From positions 1 to 64,000 of the forward strand of contig CAVWBU010000015.1 of assembly GCA_963753345.1 (NCBI GenBank): a stretch of DNA of 64,000 nt, given 5' to 3'. A model generated the notes under the pieces. The model was not told the origin of the DNA. It saw only the letters and a list, made by a program, of their open reading frames with translations, and ran no database searches. The stretch is from an uncultured Fibrobacterota bacterium. Its GTDB lineage: Bacteria; Fibrobacterota; Chitinivibrionia; Chitinivibrionales; FEN-1185. A program made the position numbers and the translations under genes. This document shows positions 28,401 through 38,920 of the stretch, one piece after another; the first letter of the stretch is position 1; each line of letters begins with the position of its first letter.

Positions 28401-31400
28401 TCGTGCTGATGAAGGACACCGCAACGCCGGTGAACAATGCCTCCATTTCCGCCAGATACATCCAGGGAACCGACTCGGTTCTCTTTTCCGTGAACAGCAT
28501 TAATTCCGCGGATACCGCGAGCGTCGATTCCTTCGGCATATGGTTCGGTACAAGCACCGCCGATACGGTGCCGAATTTTTCAAACTCCGCGAGTACCGTC
28601 TGGTTTAACCTTGGCGCACAGTATGCAATAATTACGAAAAACGGCGGCTTCGACAGCGTTGAAGTGGGCAATGTGCAATTCAATACGGGCGTGCAAAAAA
28701 CGCTGGTCTGTTTTCTGGTTCTCAAGGCAAAGAACGGTAAACTGAGTTCGCTGAAGAAGGCAACCTTCACCGCGGGCATGAACCGGCCCGCAAACCCCAT
28801 TGTTCTCACCGCTGTTGCGCAGACACCGAGCAAGATACTTCTTTCCTGGAAACCGGTAAGCGGCGTAAGCGCCATACGGTTCTGGTACAGGGAAAATACT
28901 GCGGTCGATCTGAATACCGCCGACTTCGCATCTCCGCCGTACGATTCGATAAGCGCGGCTTCGGTGCTGGACTCGCAGCTCGCTGTTACCGGCCTGCAGT
29001 ACCAGACGCACTATTACTTCGGCGCCCAGGTGTTTTCGGGCGGACTCTGGTCGTTTGTGACCGGCCCTGCCAGTGCCGACGCCGTCACCCCCGCCGGGAT
29101 CGGCAAGCTTGCCGTGAACTCCGTCAAGATCACGAGCCTTACGTTTGACACCGCGACCAACGCGATCCGCGTAAAATGGAACGTTGACAACACGCTTCCC
29201 GACACGCTGGAAATATGGATTTCGTATTCCCTGAGCGGCTATCCCACGGTGGACACGAGCGCCCACCAGACGGTTTTGGTGACGGCTGCCACGGGCGACA
29301 CGGTTGTCAAGCTCCGCGAGCCGCTCGTGTTCAGCCCGAGCGCTGCCGACACCACGTTTTACTACGTTGCGCTGTGGGAAAGCAGGTTCAACGGGTTGCT
29401 CACCGATCCGACCGACAGCTCGGAGATGAGAGTGGCGAGCCCGACGTACGACTGGCAGCAGGTCACCTATTTCACCAAATCGCCGGGCGACACGAACTCG
29501 GTGTTCGACGGCAACATTCTCATCGTCACCGGCGGGGTCGCGCAAGCCGACGTTGCGCCCACGACCGGCATCATCCGCTACGCCAGCGGGCTCACCCCGG
29601 CCGCTTTTCCCGGCTTTGTGCAGATGAGCGTGCCGTTTTACTTCTCGAAATACCAGTCGTCGGCGCCGTTCACCATCGATCTCAAGCTGTTCGCGTTTCC
29701 CGCGAACCTCACGGCGTCATCGGTTCGCGTTTATCAACTTAAGAACGGGCTGTGGTACGTGGACCGCTCGTCGGGCGCCAATGGCGCCTATGCCTCGACG
29801 AGAACGAAACCTTCCGATACGCTCTCGTACCCGTACATTGCGCTCATCGACACCGTGGCGCCCACGGTCACGCGGGGGTTCCATGCCGATACGCTGCCGC
29901 CGACGACCGATGTGTTCGACACGCTTTACATCAGCGACAACTGCGCGAACGTGACGTATGCGTATTCGTTCACGAGGGGCGGGGATGCGTTTTCCAATGG
30001 GGACGCGGACAGCGGCACGCTTGCCACCCTGCAGGCTACGATTCCCGTGGTGATTCCCAGCCCGTACGTTACAAAGGAGAACGGTCTGCGCGCGATGGTG
30101 GTGGTGAGCGACGGCGTCAATACCGTCACGCAGAACGTTTCGCGGCAGGTGCTGCGGGATACTTCGGATTTTATCGTGACCCTGCAAAATGCGTGGATGC
30201 CGCTTCGGGTGACGGCGTGGCTCAAGGACAGCGCGCTTGCGCCGGCGTTCGGGGCGGGGTGGAAGTACGACAAGCAACAGATGCGGTTGTTTCGGTGGAA
30301 TCCCGGCCAGACAAACCCTTCGAGCACGTTGAACTGGGTGGAATATTCCGACGCCACGGCAAACGATTTCGCCATGAGCCCGGGCACGCTGGTGTGGGAG
30401 AAGGGCCGGACGAGCGTGCCGGTGAATTTCGGCGCCGGGGTGACGCCGACGCTGAGGTCGTCGTATGCGATTCAGCTTCCTGCGAACAACTGGACCGACC
30501 TTGCGGTTCCGTACCGTTTCGACGTCCGGGTGGGGGACATCATCGATTCAACCGGCCCGAGCGGGGATTCGCTGCAGTTCTATTCGTGGGCGCTGGACTC
30601 GGCGCGCCACCGGTATTCTTCGAGCCCCCTCTACCTTGAGGGATGGCCGAGCCTGCCGGTGGCCGACAAGAGTACGGTGCTCGGCTCACAGGACTTTTCC
30701 GGGTACACGGTGTTCAACCCGCTAACGGTTCCTGTGACGCTGCGGGTGGCGCCGATGCCGAGCACCATGTCCGCGTACGGAGGAGGAACGCCCAAACGGA
30801 CAACCGTGAGCGGATGGGCATTGTCGGTAACGTCAAATCTTTCCGACGGTTCGAAATTGAGCCCTGTATTCTGCGGCTACAGCGAGGCCAAAAGCGCCGC
30901 GACGAGCTTTTTCCCTGTGCCGCCGACGTTCGAGAAGGCCTATGTGGGCGTGCTCGACGCTGCGAAGAACAAGGTGTACGGCCACGCTCTTGCGCACGGG
31001 TCGGCGAGCGGCGGCAGCATGTTCACGCTTGCGTTTGTCAACGAGGGGACTTCGGCGGCGGTAATTTCGTACATGGTAGGGAACCAGGTGACTTTGCCGA
31101 AGGGTGTTGTGGCGCGGGCATTCAGCGAGAAGACCGGTGCGGTTGAAAATTTCTCCTCGGGCGCGGCAACGGTGACCGTAGCCGCGGGCGGCACGGAGCT
31201 CCGGGTTCTGGCCGTGGGCACGCCTGCGTTTCTTGCCAAGACCGCGCTTGTGCTGAGGAGCGCGACGCTGGCGTTTGTGGGAATTTCTCCGAACCCGGCA
31301 TCCTCGCTGGTGCGGATCAGATACACGGTTCCCGGCTCCGGGGTGAGCAGCGTGAAGTTTGCGATATACGACCTTCGTGGCAGAATGGTGTGGCAGCAGA

Positions 31401-31567
31401 CGGTGGACGAACGCGGCCGCATGGGGGCGCGCGAGATCGACTGGGACGGCCGTTCGTTCGACCGGCGCCGGGTGGCGGCGGGCATGTATGTGGTGCGGAT
31501 GACCGCGCTTGACGAAAGCAACAGACCCGGCGGGATCTTTGAGAAGAGGATGACGTATTTGCCGTAG
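25436..31567 (+). CDS. Giant surface protein, paralog 1: signal peptide, DUF2341, LamG-like head with insert, 3 Ig repeats, PKD, Fn3-like domains, FlgD-Ig/T9SS-like C-terminus
   Basis: DUF2341 motifs FPVLVRL...GQDIRF...IPYQIE..WVK..MYWGN; LamG motifs WHLNE...RSADWI; QPxSQT...YQWRK..DAGTYDVVVTN three times; ISPNP..IRY..IYDLRGR..WDG..GMY. Exact start uncertain (25412-25442). Confidence 0.88.
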   Translation: MQVKMDRCNAAAVVMGAIFFGWSLSAYGAEDYTQWAHACNITLNTTATGANIATQQVGFPVLVRLTSTTPAFSFAQAQAGGQDIRFSKSDGTHIPYQIERFDQTNQLAEIWVKADVNGNDNAQFITMYWGNGTAVDSSNGAAVFNNGFVGDWHLNETGNINANGYADALGATPLTGVGMVAGDDTIAVIGKGQNFGSANVSNLPAVTGKYLSGAAGPSEAGKSITAMMWAQLTGAASQQYIFNQGSAGGNRWDLGVNPSNPFPFEFDVIDHTSGNFATDVAGMDANWHLWAVTYDTLTPANPAMAGAVAEGPVGTFTDQTTAANNVTANDMTLIRAVPAVNDAYYFGNAATFKALGLHLGTTGTGVWTITWEYWNGAAWTALSGVSDRTINPAGGNTGGLTLSGSVSFTQPPDWATTTVDGIAAYWIRARLSAFTSVTILPIGTQAVCGPTVTIWKDGNLASTSALWTRPTRSGEIDIATRADHTLLFKGIVDEPSIAVGVRSADWIKLCYQSQKPGASWQSFAPKGPAAPIISVQPVSQTKYVGQPETLSVVVTGNPAPTYQWRKGGANITGATNASYIIAAVALTDAGTYDVVVTNSQGSVTSTGATLTVNPALAAPTITTQPASQTKYVGQTDTFTVVASGNPAPTYQWRKNGANITGATGASYIIASLALTDAGTYDVVVTNSQGSVTSTGATLTVNPALTLPTITRQPLSQTKYVNQADTFSVVASGNPAPTYQWRKNGANITGATSASYIIAALALTDAGTYDVVVTNSQGSVTSTGAVLTVQMPIKAFFTVSDSIAKAPVAIQFDASQSTGNYSKMIWYFGDGAVDSTNIKNPLHQYNTAGLYSAELVLMNGAVRQDSFTIVIKIFNDNPIAIQGRYVPSGKAEITFSNYGSQVISTGVIPPYADSMKLWYESDVVPTSATGATQCAEVSIATMQSAPAPFKDTVSVTLAGTDTMAGFMTQVHWNNGTTWYWSNFNGGNGTLVLMKDTATPVNNASISARYIQGTDSVLFSVNSINSADTASVDSFGIWFGTSTADTVPNFSNSASTVWFNLGAQYAIITKNGGFDSVEVGNVQFNTGVQKTLVCFLVLKAKNGKLSSLKKATFTAGMNRPANPIVLTAVAQTPSKILLSWKPVSGVSAIRFWYRENTAVDLNTADFASPPYDSISAASVLDSQLAVTGLQYQTHYYFGAQVFSGGLWSFVTGPASADAVTPAGIGKLAVNSVKITSLTFDTATNAIRVKWNVDNTLPDTLEIWISYSLSGYPTVDTSAHQTVLVTAATGDTVVKLREPLVFSPSAADTTFYYVALWESRFNGLLTDPTDSSEMRVASPTYDWQQVTYFTKSPGDTNSVFDGNILIVTGGVAQADVAPTTGIIRYASGLTPAAFPGFVQMSVPFYFSKYQSSAPFTIDLKLFAFPANLTASSVRVYQLKNGLWYVDRSSGANGAYASTRTKPSDTLSYPYIALIDTVAPTVTRGFHADTLPPTTDVFDTLYISDNCANVTYAYSFTRGGDAFSNGDADSGTLATLQATIPVVIPSPYVTKENGLRAMVVVSDGVNTVTQNVSRQVLRDTSDFIVTLQNAWMPLRVTAWLKDSALAPAFGAGWKYDKQQMRLFRWNPGQTNPSSTLNWVEYSDATANDFAMSPGTLVWEKGRTSVPVNFGAGVTPTLRSSYAIQLPANNWTDLAVPYRFDVRVGDIIDSTGPSGDSLQFYSWALDSARHRYSSSPLYLEGWPSLPVADKSTVLGSQDFSGYTVFNPLTVPVTLRVAPMPSTMSAYGGGTPKRTTVSGWALSVTSNLSDGSKLSPVFCGYSEAKSAATSFFPVPPTFEKAYVGVLDAAKNKVYGHALAHGSASGGSMFTLAFVNEGTSAAVISYMVGNQVTLPKGVVARAFSEKTGAVENFSSGAATVTVAAGGTELRVLAVGTPAFLAKTALVLRSATLAFVGISPNPASSLVRIRYTVPGSGVSSVKFAIYDLRGRMVWQQTVDERGRMGAREIDWDGRSFDRRRVAAGMYVVRMTALDESNRPGGIFEKRMTYLP

Positions 31568-31580
31568 GGAAGAGAAAAAA

Positions 31581-31620
31581 GTTGAAACGTTGAAGCGTTG
31601 AAACGTTGAAGAGTTTGGAA
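31581..31620 (+). repeat. GTTGAnnn octamer tandem repeat
   Basis: GTTGAAAC GTTGAAGC GTTGAAAC GTTGAAGA just after the stop codon. Confidence 0.8.
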
Positions 31621-31635
31621 GAAGAGGAATAACCG

Positions 31636-31676
31636 GGCCGGTCCGGCAGATGCCGTGATCGGCCTTTGCTTTTTTC
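31636..31676 (+). terminator. Terminator-like hairpin; identical 33-bp copy at 38691-38723
   Basis: GGCCGGTCCGGCAGATGCCGTGATCGGCCTTTG followed by a T tract. Confidence 0.65.
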
Positions 31677-31683
31677 TGTGCAG

Positions 31684-31804
31684 ATGGAATCCCACAGCGA
31701 GCGCATTCCTCGGAGCTTGCTCCGGGGTTAGCGAGCGATTAAGAGTATGTTCTTTTTCCATAGGGATGGAAGATTCCCCGCAGCTCGCTGCGGGGTTCTT
31801 CAAT
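31684..31804. mobile_element. Small non-autonomous palindromic element (MITE/PATE-like)
   Basis: Two related palindromes, CCTCGGAGCTTGCTCCGGGG (31708-31727) and CCCCGCAGCTCGCTGCGGGG (31776-31795). Absent after the equivalent terminator of paralog 2. Confidence 0.55.
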
Positions 31805-31853
31805 GCGCCGACGGTGTGGAACCGGTCGTTGAAAACAAGAAACAGCAGGTTCG

Positions 31854-31898
31854 TTTATACGGTTAAGGTTTGAGCATTTAGCCAATGTATGTTATATA
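31854..31898 (+). promoter_or_regulatory. Sigma70 promoter with conserved upstream box (paralog 2)
   Basis: TTTATACGGTTAAG, then TTGAGC (31870), 17-nt spacer ending TGT, and TATATA (31893). Confidence 0.6.
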
Positions 31899-31967
31899 TT
31901 ATGCATTAACAGACGTTAACAGACGTTGCGTGCGGCGGGAAACAACGGAACGCGCAATGAGGGGGGG

Positions 31968-34900
31968 GTGCAAGTGAAACTTGTCCGACGGAATCTATCC
32001 GGTGTCGCCGCCGTTGTGGCAATCTTCGGAAGCGGACTTACCGCGTACGGAGCGGAAGACTACACGCAGTGGACGCACGCGTGCAACATCACCCTCAACA
32101 CCTCAGGCACGGGCGCGAACGTCGCCACGCAGCAGCTCGGATTCCCCGTGCTTGTCAGATTGACAAGCACAACTCCTGCATTCTCCTTTGGCCAGACCAT
32201 GGCCGCCGGGCAGGACATCCGTTTTTCAAAGGCCGACGGCACGCACATTCCGTATCAGATCGAGCGTTTTGACCAGACCAACCAGCTTGCCGAGATCTGG
32301 GTGAAAGTGGATGTGAACGGCAACGACCCTGCACAATTCATCACCATGTACTGGGGCAAGGCTGGTTCTGCGGACAGTTCGAACGGCTCTGCCGTGTTCA
32401 ACAACGGATTCGCCGGGGTATGGCACCTGGGTGAGGCCGGAACAGGGACCCGAATTGACGCAACGGGAAACGGGTTTAATGCGATTCCCTTTAATTACAC
32501 CGGCATAGAATCAACAGCGGGCAACATCGCAAAGGCCGACAGTCTCAGAGGAGGTCCCGGTCAAACCAACGGAGGCAACTATAATTACCCTTGCCCAGCC
32601 ACCATGGGTCCTCCTCCAACAAATGATTACCTCAGAGTAGCATCCAATATTGCGGATTGGAGCGCTGGAATGACTTTTTCGGTTTGGGCAAATCCCAGCG
32701 CGCTTGCAAGCCAAGCCCCTTTTATGGATTTCTCCACCGATACGACAGGACAATGTGAAAACTGGCAGGCAACAAACAATATTTTGTTCTATCAAACCAA
32801 TGCGACGGGGGCCTTGGGAGTTCAAGTGTTCAGCGACACGTTGAATCAACAGACAATTGCGGCGGCAGGTACACCGGTTGTCGTCGGCGCGTGGCATCAG
32901 TATGCATTTACAATAGGTAACGGTTCCGCCGTTACCATCTACAAAGATGGCGCTCAAATCGGAGCAGGCACTCTTATAAAAAACGTAGCAGGTCAAATCC
33001 CTGCTGCCGGTATCAAACCCGGCGTTGCCAGAACCTGGAACATGTTCGGTCGTTCCGCATGGAATGGTAATCCGGCCTATCAGGGATCTCTTGACGAAAT
33101 AGAGACTTCCACGTCTGTCCGTTCCGCCGACTGGATAAACCTTTCTTACCAATCGCAGATGCCCGGCGCTTCGTGGCAGACCTTCGCCGCAAAGGGTCTG
33201 GCCGCGCCCGTCGTCACCGTGCAGCCCGCGTCGCAGACAAAATCCGTTGGCCAACCGGAGACGCTTTCGGTGGTTGTCACGGGAAATCCCGCTCCCACGT
33301 ATCAATGGCGCAAGGGCGGAGCCGCCATAACCGGCGCAACGAACGCAAGCTATATCATTGCCGCGGTCGCGCTCACGGATGCCGGCACCTACGACGTTGT
33401 GGTCACCAACAGCCAGGGGACCGTGACGTCCACGGCCGCCACACTCACCGTCAATTCGGCCCTTGCGCCGCCGACCATTTCAACGCAACCTGCGTCGCAG
33501 ACAAAGTATGTGGGCCAGGCCGACACGTTTACCGTTGTCGCTGCCGGAAATCCCGCTCCCACGTATCAATGGCGCAAGGGCGGCGCTAACATAACCGGCG
33601 CCACGAACGCGAACTATATCATCGCCGCGGTCGCGCTCACCGATGCCGGCGCCTACGACGTTGTGGTAACGAACAGCCAGGGGACCGTGACGTCCACGGC
33701 CGCGACGCTCACCGTCAATTCGGCCCTTACGCCGCCAACCATTTCAACGCAACCTGCGTCGCAGACAAAGTTTGTCGGCCAGGCCAACACGTTTACCGTT
33801 GTCGCAGCCGGAAATCCCGCTCCCACGTATCAATGGCGCAAGGGCGGCGCCAACATAACCGGCGCCACGAACGCGAGCTATATCATCGCCGCGGTCGCGC
33901 TCACCGATGCCGGCGCCTACGACGTTGTGGTAACGAACAGCCAGGGGACCGTGACGTCCACGGCCGCGACGCTCACCGTCAATTCGGCCCTTGCGCCGCC
34001 GACTATTTCAACGCAACCTGCGTCGCAGACAAAGTTTGTCGGCCAGACCGACACGTTTACCGTTGTCGCATCCGGAAATCCCGCTCCCACCTATCAATGG
34101 CGCAAGGGTGGAGCCAACATAACCGGCGCAACGAACGCGAGCTATATCATCGCCGCGGTCGCGCTCACCGATGCCGGAACGTACGATGTTGTGGTAACGA
34201 ACAGCCAGGGGAGCGTAACGTCCACGGGCGCGACGCTGACGGTCAATCCCGCCCTTGCCGCGCCGACTATTACCACGCAGCCGGCGTCGCAGACAAAGTA
34301 TGTCGGCCAGACCGACACGTTTACCGTTGTCGCATCCGGAAATCCCGCTCCCACGTATCAATGGCGCAAGAATGGAGCCGCAATAACCGGCGCCACGAAC
34401 GCGAGCTATATCATCGCCGCGGTCGCACTCACCGATGCTGGCACCTATGACGTTGTCGTCACCAACTCGCAGGGGAGCGTGACCTCCACAGGCGCGGCGC
34501 TCACGGTCAATGCCGCCCTTACGCTGCCCGCCATCATCAAACAACCGCTGTCCCAGACAAAGTACGTTAACCAGGCCGACACTTTTTCCGTTGTCGCATC
34601 CGGGAACCCCGCTCCCACCTATCAATGGCGCAAGAACGGAGCCAACATTACCGGCGCCACAAACGCGAGCTATATCATCGCCGCTCTTGCCCTCACCGAT
34701 GCCGGCACCTTCGACGTTGTCGTCACCAACAGCCAGGGGAGTGTGACCTCTACGGGCGCAGTGCTCACGGTGCAGATGCCCATCAAGGCTTTTTTTACGG
34801 TGTCGGATTCCATTGCCAAGGCTCCTGTCGCCATCCAGTTCGATGCCAGCCAGTCCACCGGCAATTATACCAAAATGATATGGTATTTCGGGGACGGTGC

Positions 34901-37900
34901 GGTTGATTCCACCAATATCAAGAATCCGCTGCACCAGTACAACACGGCGGGACTGGATAGTGTGGAACTCGTTCTCATGAACGGCGCGGTGCGTCAGGAC
35001 AGCTTCACCATCGTGTTAAAGATCTACAACGACAATCCGATTGCAATTCAGGGAAGGTATGTGCCTTCGGGGAAAGCGGAAATCACTTTTTCCAATTACG
35101 GCAGCCAGGTAATTTCCACCGGCGTTATTCCTCCGTACGCCGACAGTATGAAACTCTGGTACGAGTCGGGCGTGGTCCCGACGTCGGCGACGGGCGCCAC
35201 GCAGTGTGCCGAAATAGGAATTGCCGCCATGCAGGCGGCGCCGGCGCCTTTCAAGGACACCGTGTCGGTCACGCTTGCGGGAACAGACGTGGTGGCGGGG
35301 TTCATGACGCAGGTGCATTGGAACAACGGAACGACGTGGCTCTGGAGCCAGTTCAACGCGGGCAACGGCACGCTCGTGCAGATGACCGATACGCTCACAC
35401 CGGTGAACATCGCCTCAATTGCCGGGAATTGGCTGCCGGGGACCAACTCGGTGGTTTTTACCGTGTCCGGCATGAGCAAGATTGACACGGCGAGCATTGA
35501 TTCCTTCGGCATATGGTACGGCACAAGCGCCTCCGATACGGTGCCGAATTTCGGCAATGCGGCGAACACCCAATGGTTCAAGCTGAGCGCACTGTATGCG
35601 AATATCATTGCCAGCGGCGGCAACGACACCATCAGCGTTGCAAATACTCAGTTCAATACCGGCATGCAGAAGAAGCTTCTCTGCGCGGTTGTGCTCAAAG
35701 GCAAGAACCACAAGTCAAGCCCTGCGAATACCGCCTATTTCTTTGCGGGTCAGAACCGCCCTGCAAATCCGATTGTTCTTGCGGCACGGGCAGTGTCTCC
35801 GAGCCAGATACTTCTCTCGTGGAAGCGGGTGAGCGGCGCGAGCGCGAGCAGCATTCGTTTCTGGTACGGCACCACCGGAAAGGTGCCGGTGAACCAGGCT
35901 GATTTCACGTTGCCCCCCTACGATTCCATAAGCGCGGCTTCGGTGGTGGACACCCAGCTTCTTGTGAGCGGACTGCAGTATCAGACTCACTATTACTTCG
36001 GCGGCCAGGTGTTTTTGAACGGGCAATGGTCCTATGTGACCGACTCGGCCAATGCCGACGCCGTCACCCCCGCGGGGATCGGCAAGCTTGCCGTGAACTC
36101 CGTCAAGATCACGAGCCTTACGTTTGACACCGCGACCAACGCGATCCGCGTAAAATGGAACGTTGACAACACGCTTCCCGACACGCTGGAAATATGGATT
36201 TCGTATTCCCTGAGCGGCTATCCCACGGTGGACACGAGCGCCCACCAGACGATTTTGGTGACGGCTCCCACGGGCGACACGGTCGTCAAGCTCCGCGAGC
36301 CGCTCGTGTTCAGCCCGAGCGCTGCCGACACCACGTTTTACTACGTTGCGCTGTGGGAAAGCAGGTTCAACGGGTTGCTCACCGATCCGACCGACAGCTC
36401 GGAGATGAGAGTGGCGAGCCCGACGTACAACTGGCAGCAGGTCACCTATTTCACCAAATCGCCGGGCGACACGAACTCGGTGTTCGACGGCAACATTCTC
36501 ATCGTCACCGGCGGGGTCGCGCAAGCCGACGTTGCGCCCACGACCGGCATCATCCGCTACGCCAGCGGGCTCACCCCGGCCGCTTTTCCCGGCTTTGTGC
36601 AGATGAGCGTGCCGTTTTACTTCTCGAAATACCAGTCGTCGGCGCCGTTCACCATCGATCTCAAGCTGTTCGCGTTTCCCGCGAACCTCACGGCGTCATC
36701 GGTTCGCGTTTATCAACTTAAGAACGGGCTGTGGTACGTGGACCGCTCGTCGGGCGCCAATGGCGCCTATGCCTCGACGAGAACGAAACCTTCCGATACG
36801 CTCTCGTACCCGTACATTGCGCTCATCGACACCGTGGCGCCCACGGTCACGCGGGGGTTCCATGCCGATACGCTGCCGCCGGCGACCGATGTGTTCGACA
36901 CGCTTTACATCAGCGACAACTGCGCCAACGTGACGTATGCGTATTCGTTCACGAGGGGCGGGGATGCGTTTTCCAATGGGGACGCGGACAGCGGCACGCT
37001 TGCCGCCCTGCAGGATACGATTCCCGTGGTGATTCCCAGCCCGTACGTTACAAAGGAGAACGGTCTGCGCGCGATGGTGGTAGTGAGCGACGGCGTCAAT
37101 ACCGTCACGCAGAACGTTTCGCGGCAGGTGCTGCGGCCGGACAGTTCCGATTTTATCTGGACGTTGCAGAATGGGTGGACGCCGGTGCGCGTGACGGCGT
37201 GGCTCAAGGACAGCGCGCTTGCGCCGGCGTTCGGGGCGGGGTGGAAGTACGATAAACAACAGATGCGGCTGTTTCGGTGGATTCCCGGCCAGACAAATCC
37301 TTCGAGCACGTTGAACTGGGTGGAGTACTCGGATGCCACGGCAAACGATTTCGCCATGAGCCCGGGCACGCTGGTGTGGGAGAAGGGCCGGACGAGCGTG
37401 CCGGTGAATTTCGGCGCCGGGGTGACGCCGACGCTCCGCGTCGTCGTATGCGATTCAGCTTCCTGCAAACAACTGGACCGACTTTGCCCTTCCGTTCAGA
37501 TTTGACGTCACGATAGGCGACATTATCGATTCCAGCGGCGTGCCGGCCGCGGATTCGCTGCAGTTCTATTCGTTTGTTTCGAACGCGACCAGTCACATAT
37601 TGACGACCAGCCCAATTTATTTGGAAGCGTACGCGGGCACGGGGGCGGCGATTGCCGACAAGGGACAGGCGATCAGCTCCCAGGACCTCACGTGCTACAG
37701 CGTTTACAACCCGCTGTCCGTTCCGGTGACGCTCCGTATTCCGCCCACCCCAAGCACCATGTCCGCCTACCTGCCCAAACGGACCGCGGGCAGCGGGTGG
37801 GCTGTTTCCGTAACGTCAAGTCTGTCCGATGGCTCGCCATTGTGCCCTGTTTTCTGCGGGTACAGCGAGGCCAAGGGCGCCGCGACAAGCTATTTCCCGG

Positions 37901-38550
37901 TGCCGCCGACGTTCGAGAAGGCATATGTAGGCGTGCTCGACGCTGCGAAGAACAAGGTGCACGGCCACGCGCTTGCGCATGGGTCAGCGGGCGGGGGCTG
38001 CATGTTCACGCTTGCGTTTGTCAACGAGGGGGATCAGGCGGCCGCCATTTCGTACAGTCTTGGGAACCAGGGCCCGCTTCCCAAGGGTCTTGTGGCCCGG
38101 GCATTCAACGAGAAGACCGGTGCGGTTGAGAATTTCTCCTCGGGCGCGGCAACGGTGACCGTGCCCGCGGGCGGCACGGAGCTCCGGGTTCTGGCCGTGG
38201 GCACGCCTGCGTTTCTTGCCAAGACCGCGCTGGTGCTGAGGAGCGCGACGCTGGCGTTTGTGGGAATTTCTCCGAACCCGGCATCCTCGCTGGTGCGGAT
38301 CAGATACACGGTTCCCGGCGCTGGGGTGAGCAGCGTGAAGTTTGCGATATACGACCTTCGTGGCAGAATGGTGTGGCAGCAGACGGTGGACGAACGCGGC
38401 CGCATGGGGGCGCGCGAGATCGACTGGGACGGCCGTTCGTTCGACCGGCGCCGGGTTGCGGCGGGCATGTACGTGGTGCGGATGACCGCGCTTGACGAAA
38501 GCAACAGGGTCGGCGGGATCTTTGAGAAGAGGATGACGTATTTGCCGTGA
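31968..38550 (+). CDS. Giant surface protein, paralog 2: DUF2341, LamG-like head, 6 Ig repeats, PKD, FlgD-like tail; frameshift near 37440
   Basis: ORFs 31926-37505 and 37540-38550 are colinear with paralog 1 and end in the same EKRMTYLP. Confidence 0.85.
33205..34772 (+). repeat. Six tandem ~264-bp Ig-domain coding repeats
   Basis: Near-identical units (GGAAATCCCGCTCCCAC.TATCAATGGCGCAAG) recur about every 264 bp. Three matching units lie at about 27025-27800. Confidence 0.9.
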
Positions 38551-38672
38551 AGAAGTTGAGAGGTTGAGAAGTTGAGGAGTTGAGAGGTTGAGAAGTTGAG
38601 GAGTTGAGAGGTTGAGAAGTTGAGAAGTTGAAAACAAAGAATTACTTTGTCACTCTGTCACTTTGTCACTTT
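38551..38672 (+). repeat. About 10 GTTGAGnn octamers followed by TGTCACTY octamers
   Basis: Read directly after the paralog 2 stop codon. Confidence 0.85.
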
Positions 38673-38875
38673 TGCGCAACAGGATGACCAGGCCGGTCCG
38701 GCAGATGCCGTGATCGGCCTTTGTCATTTCTAAAGGGGAGCAACAAGTGCCCCAAGATGTCCGCGAGCCATGGCATAGTAGATGTTTGAACATTCCTGTT
38801 CAGGGTGATCTTTTATCCCTGAAAAAACGACTATTATGATTGGGCCAGGATGGGTAATTGGGTTGGAGATGGCAA

Positions 38876-38920
38876 TTTATACGATTAAGCGTTGATTGTT
38901 AAATATTTTGGTGATATAAT
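38876..38920 (+). promoter_or_regulatory. Sigma70 promoter with conserved upstream box (paralog 3)
   Basis: TTTATACGATTAAG, then TTGATT (38892), 17-nt spacer ending TGA, and TATAAT (38915). Confidence 0.7.

Noticed and set aside
30940-31803. 287-aa minus-strand ORF starting MKNPAASCGE
   Set aside because: It is a translation of the palindromic element, the octamer repeats and the antisense of paralog 1.
37430-37450. Programmed frameshift or phase variation in paralog 2
   Set aside because: No homopolymer or slippery tract at the site; a one-base indel relative to paralog 1 explains it more simply.
38551-38672. Possible CRISPR array
   Set aside because: Units are 8-nt tandem repeats without unique spacers, and no cas genes are present.
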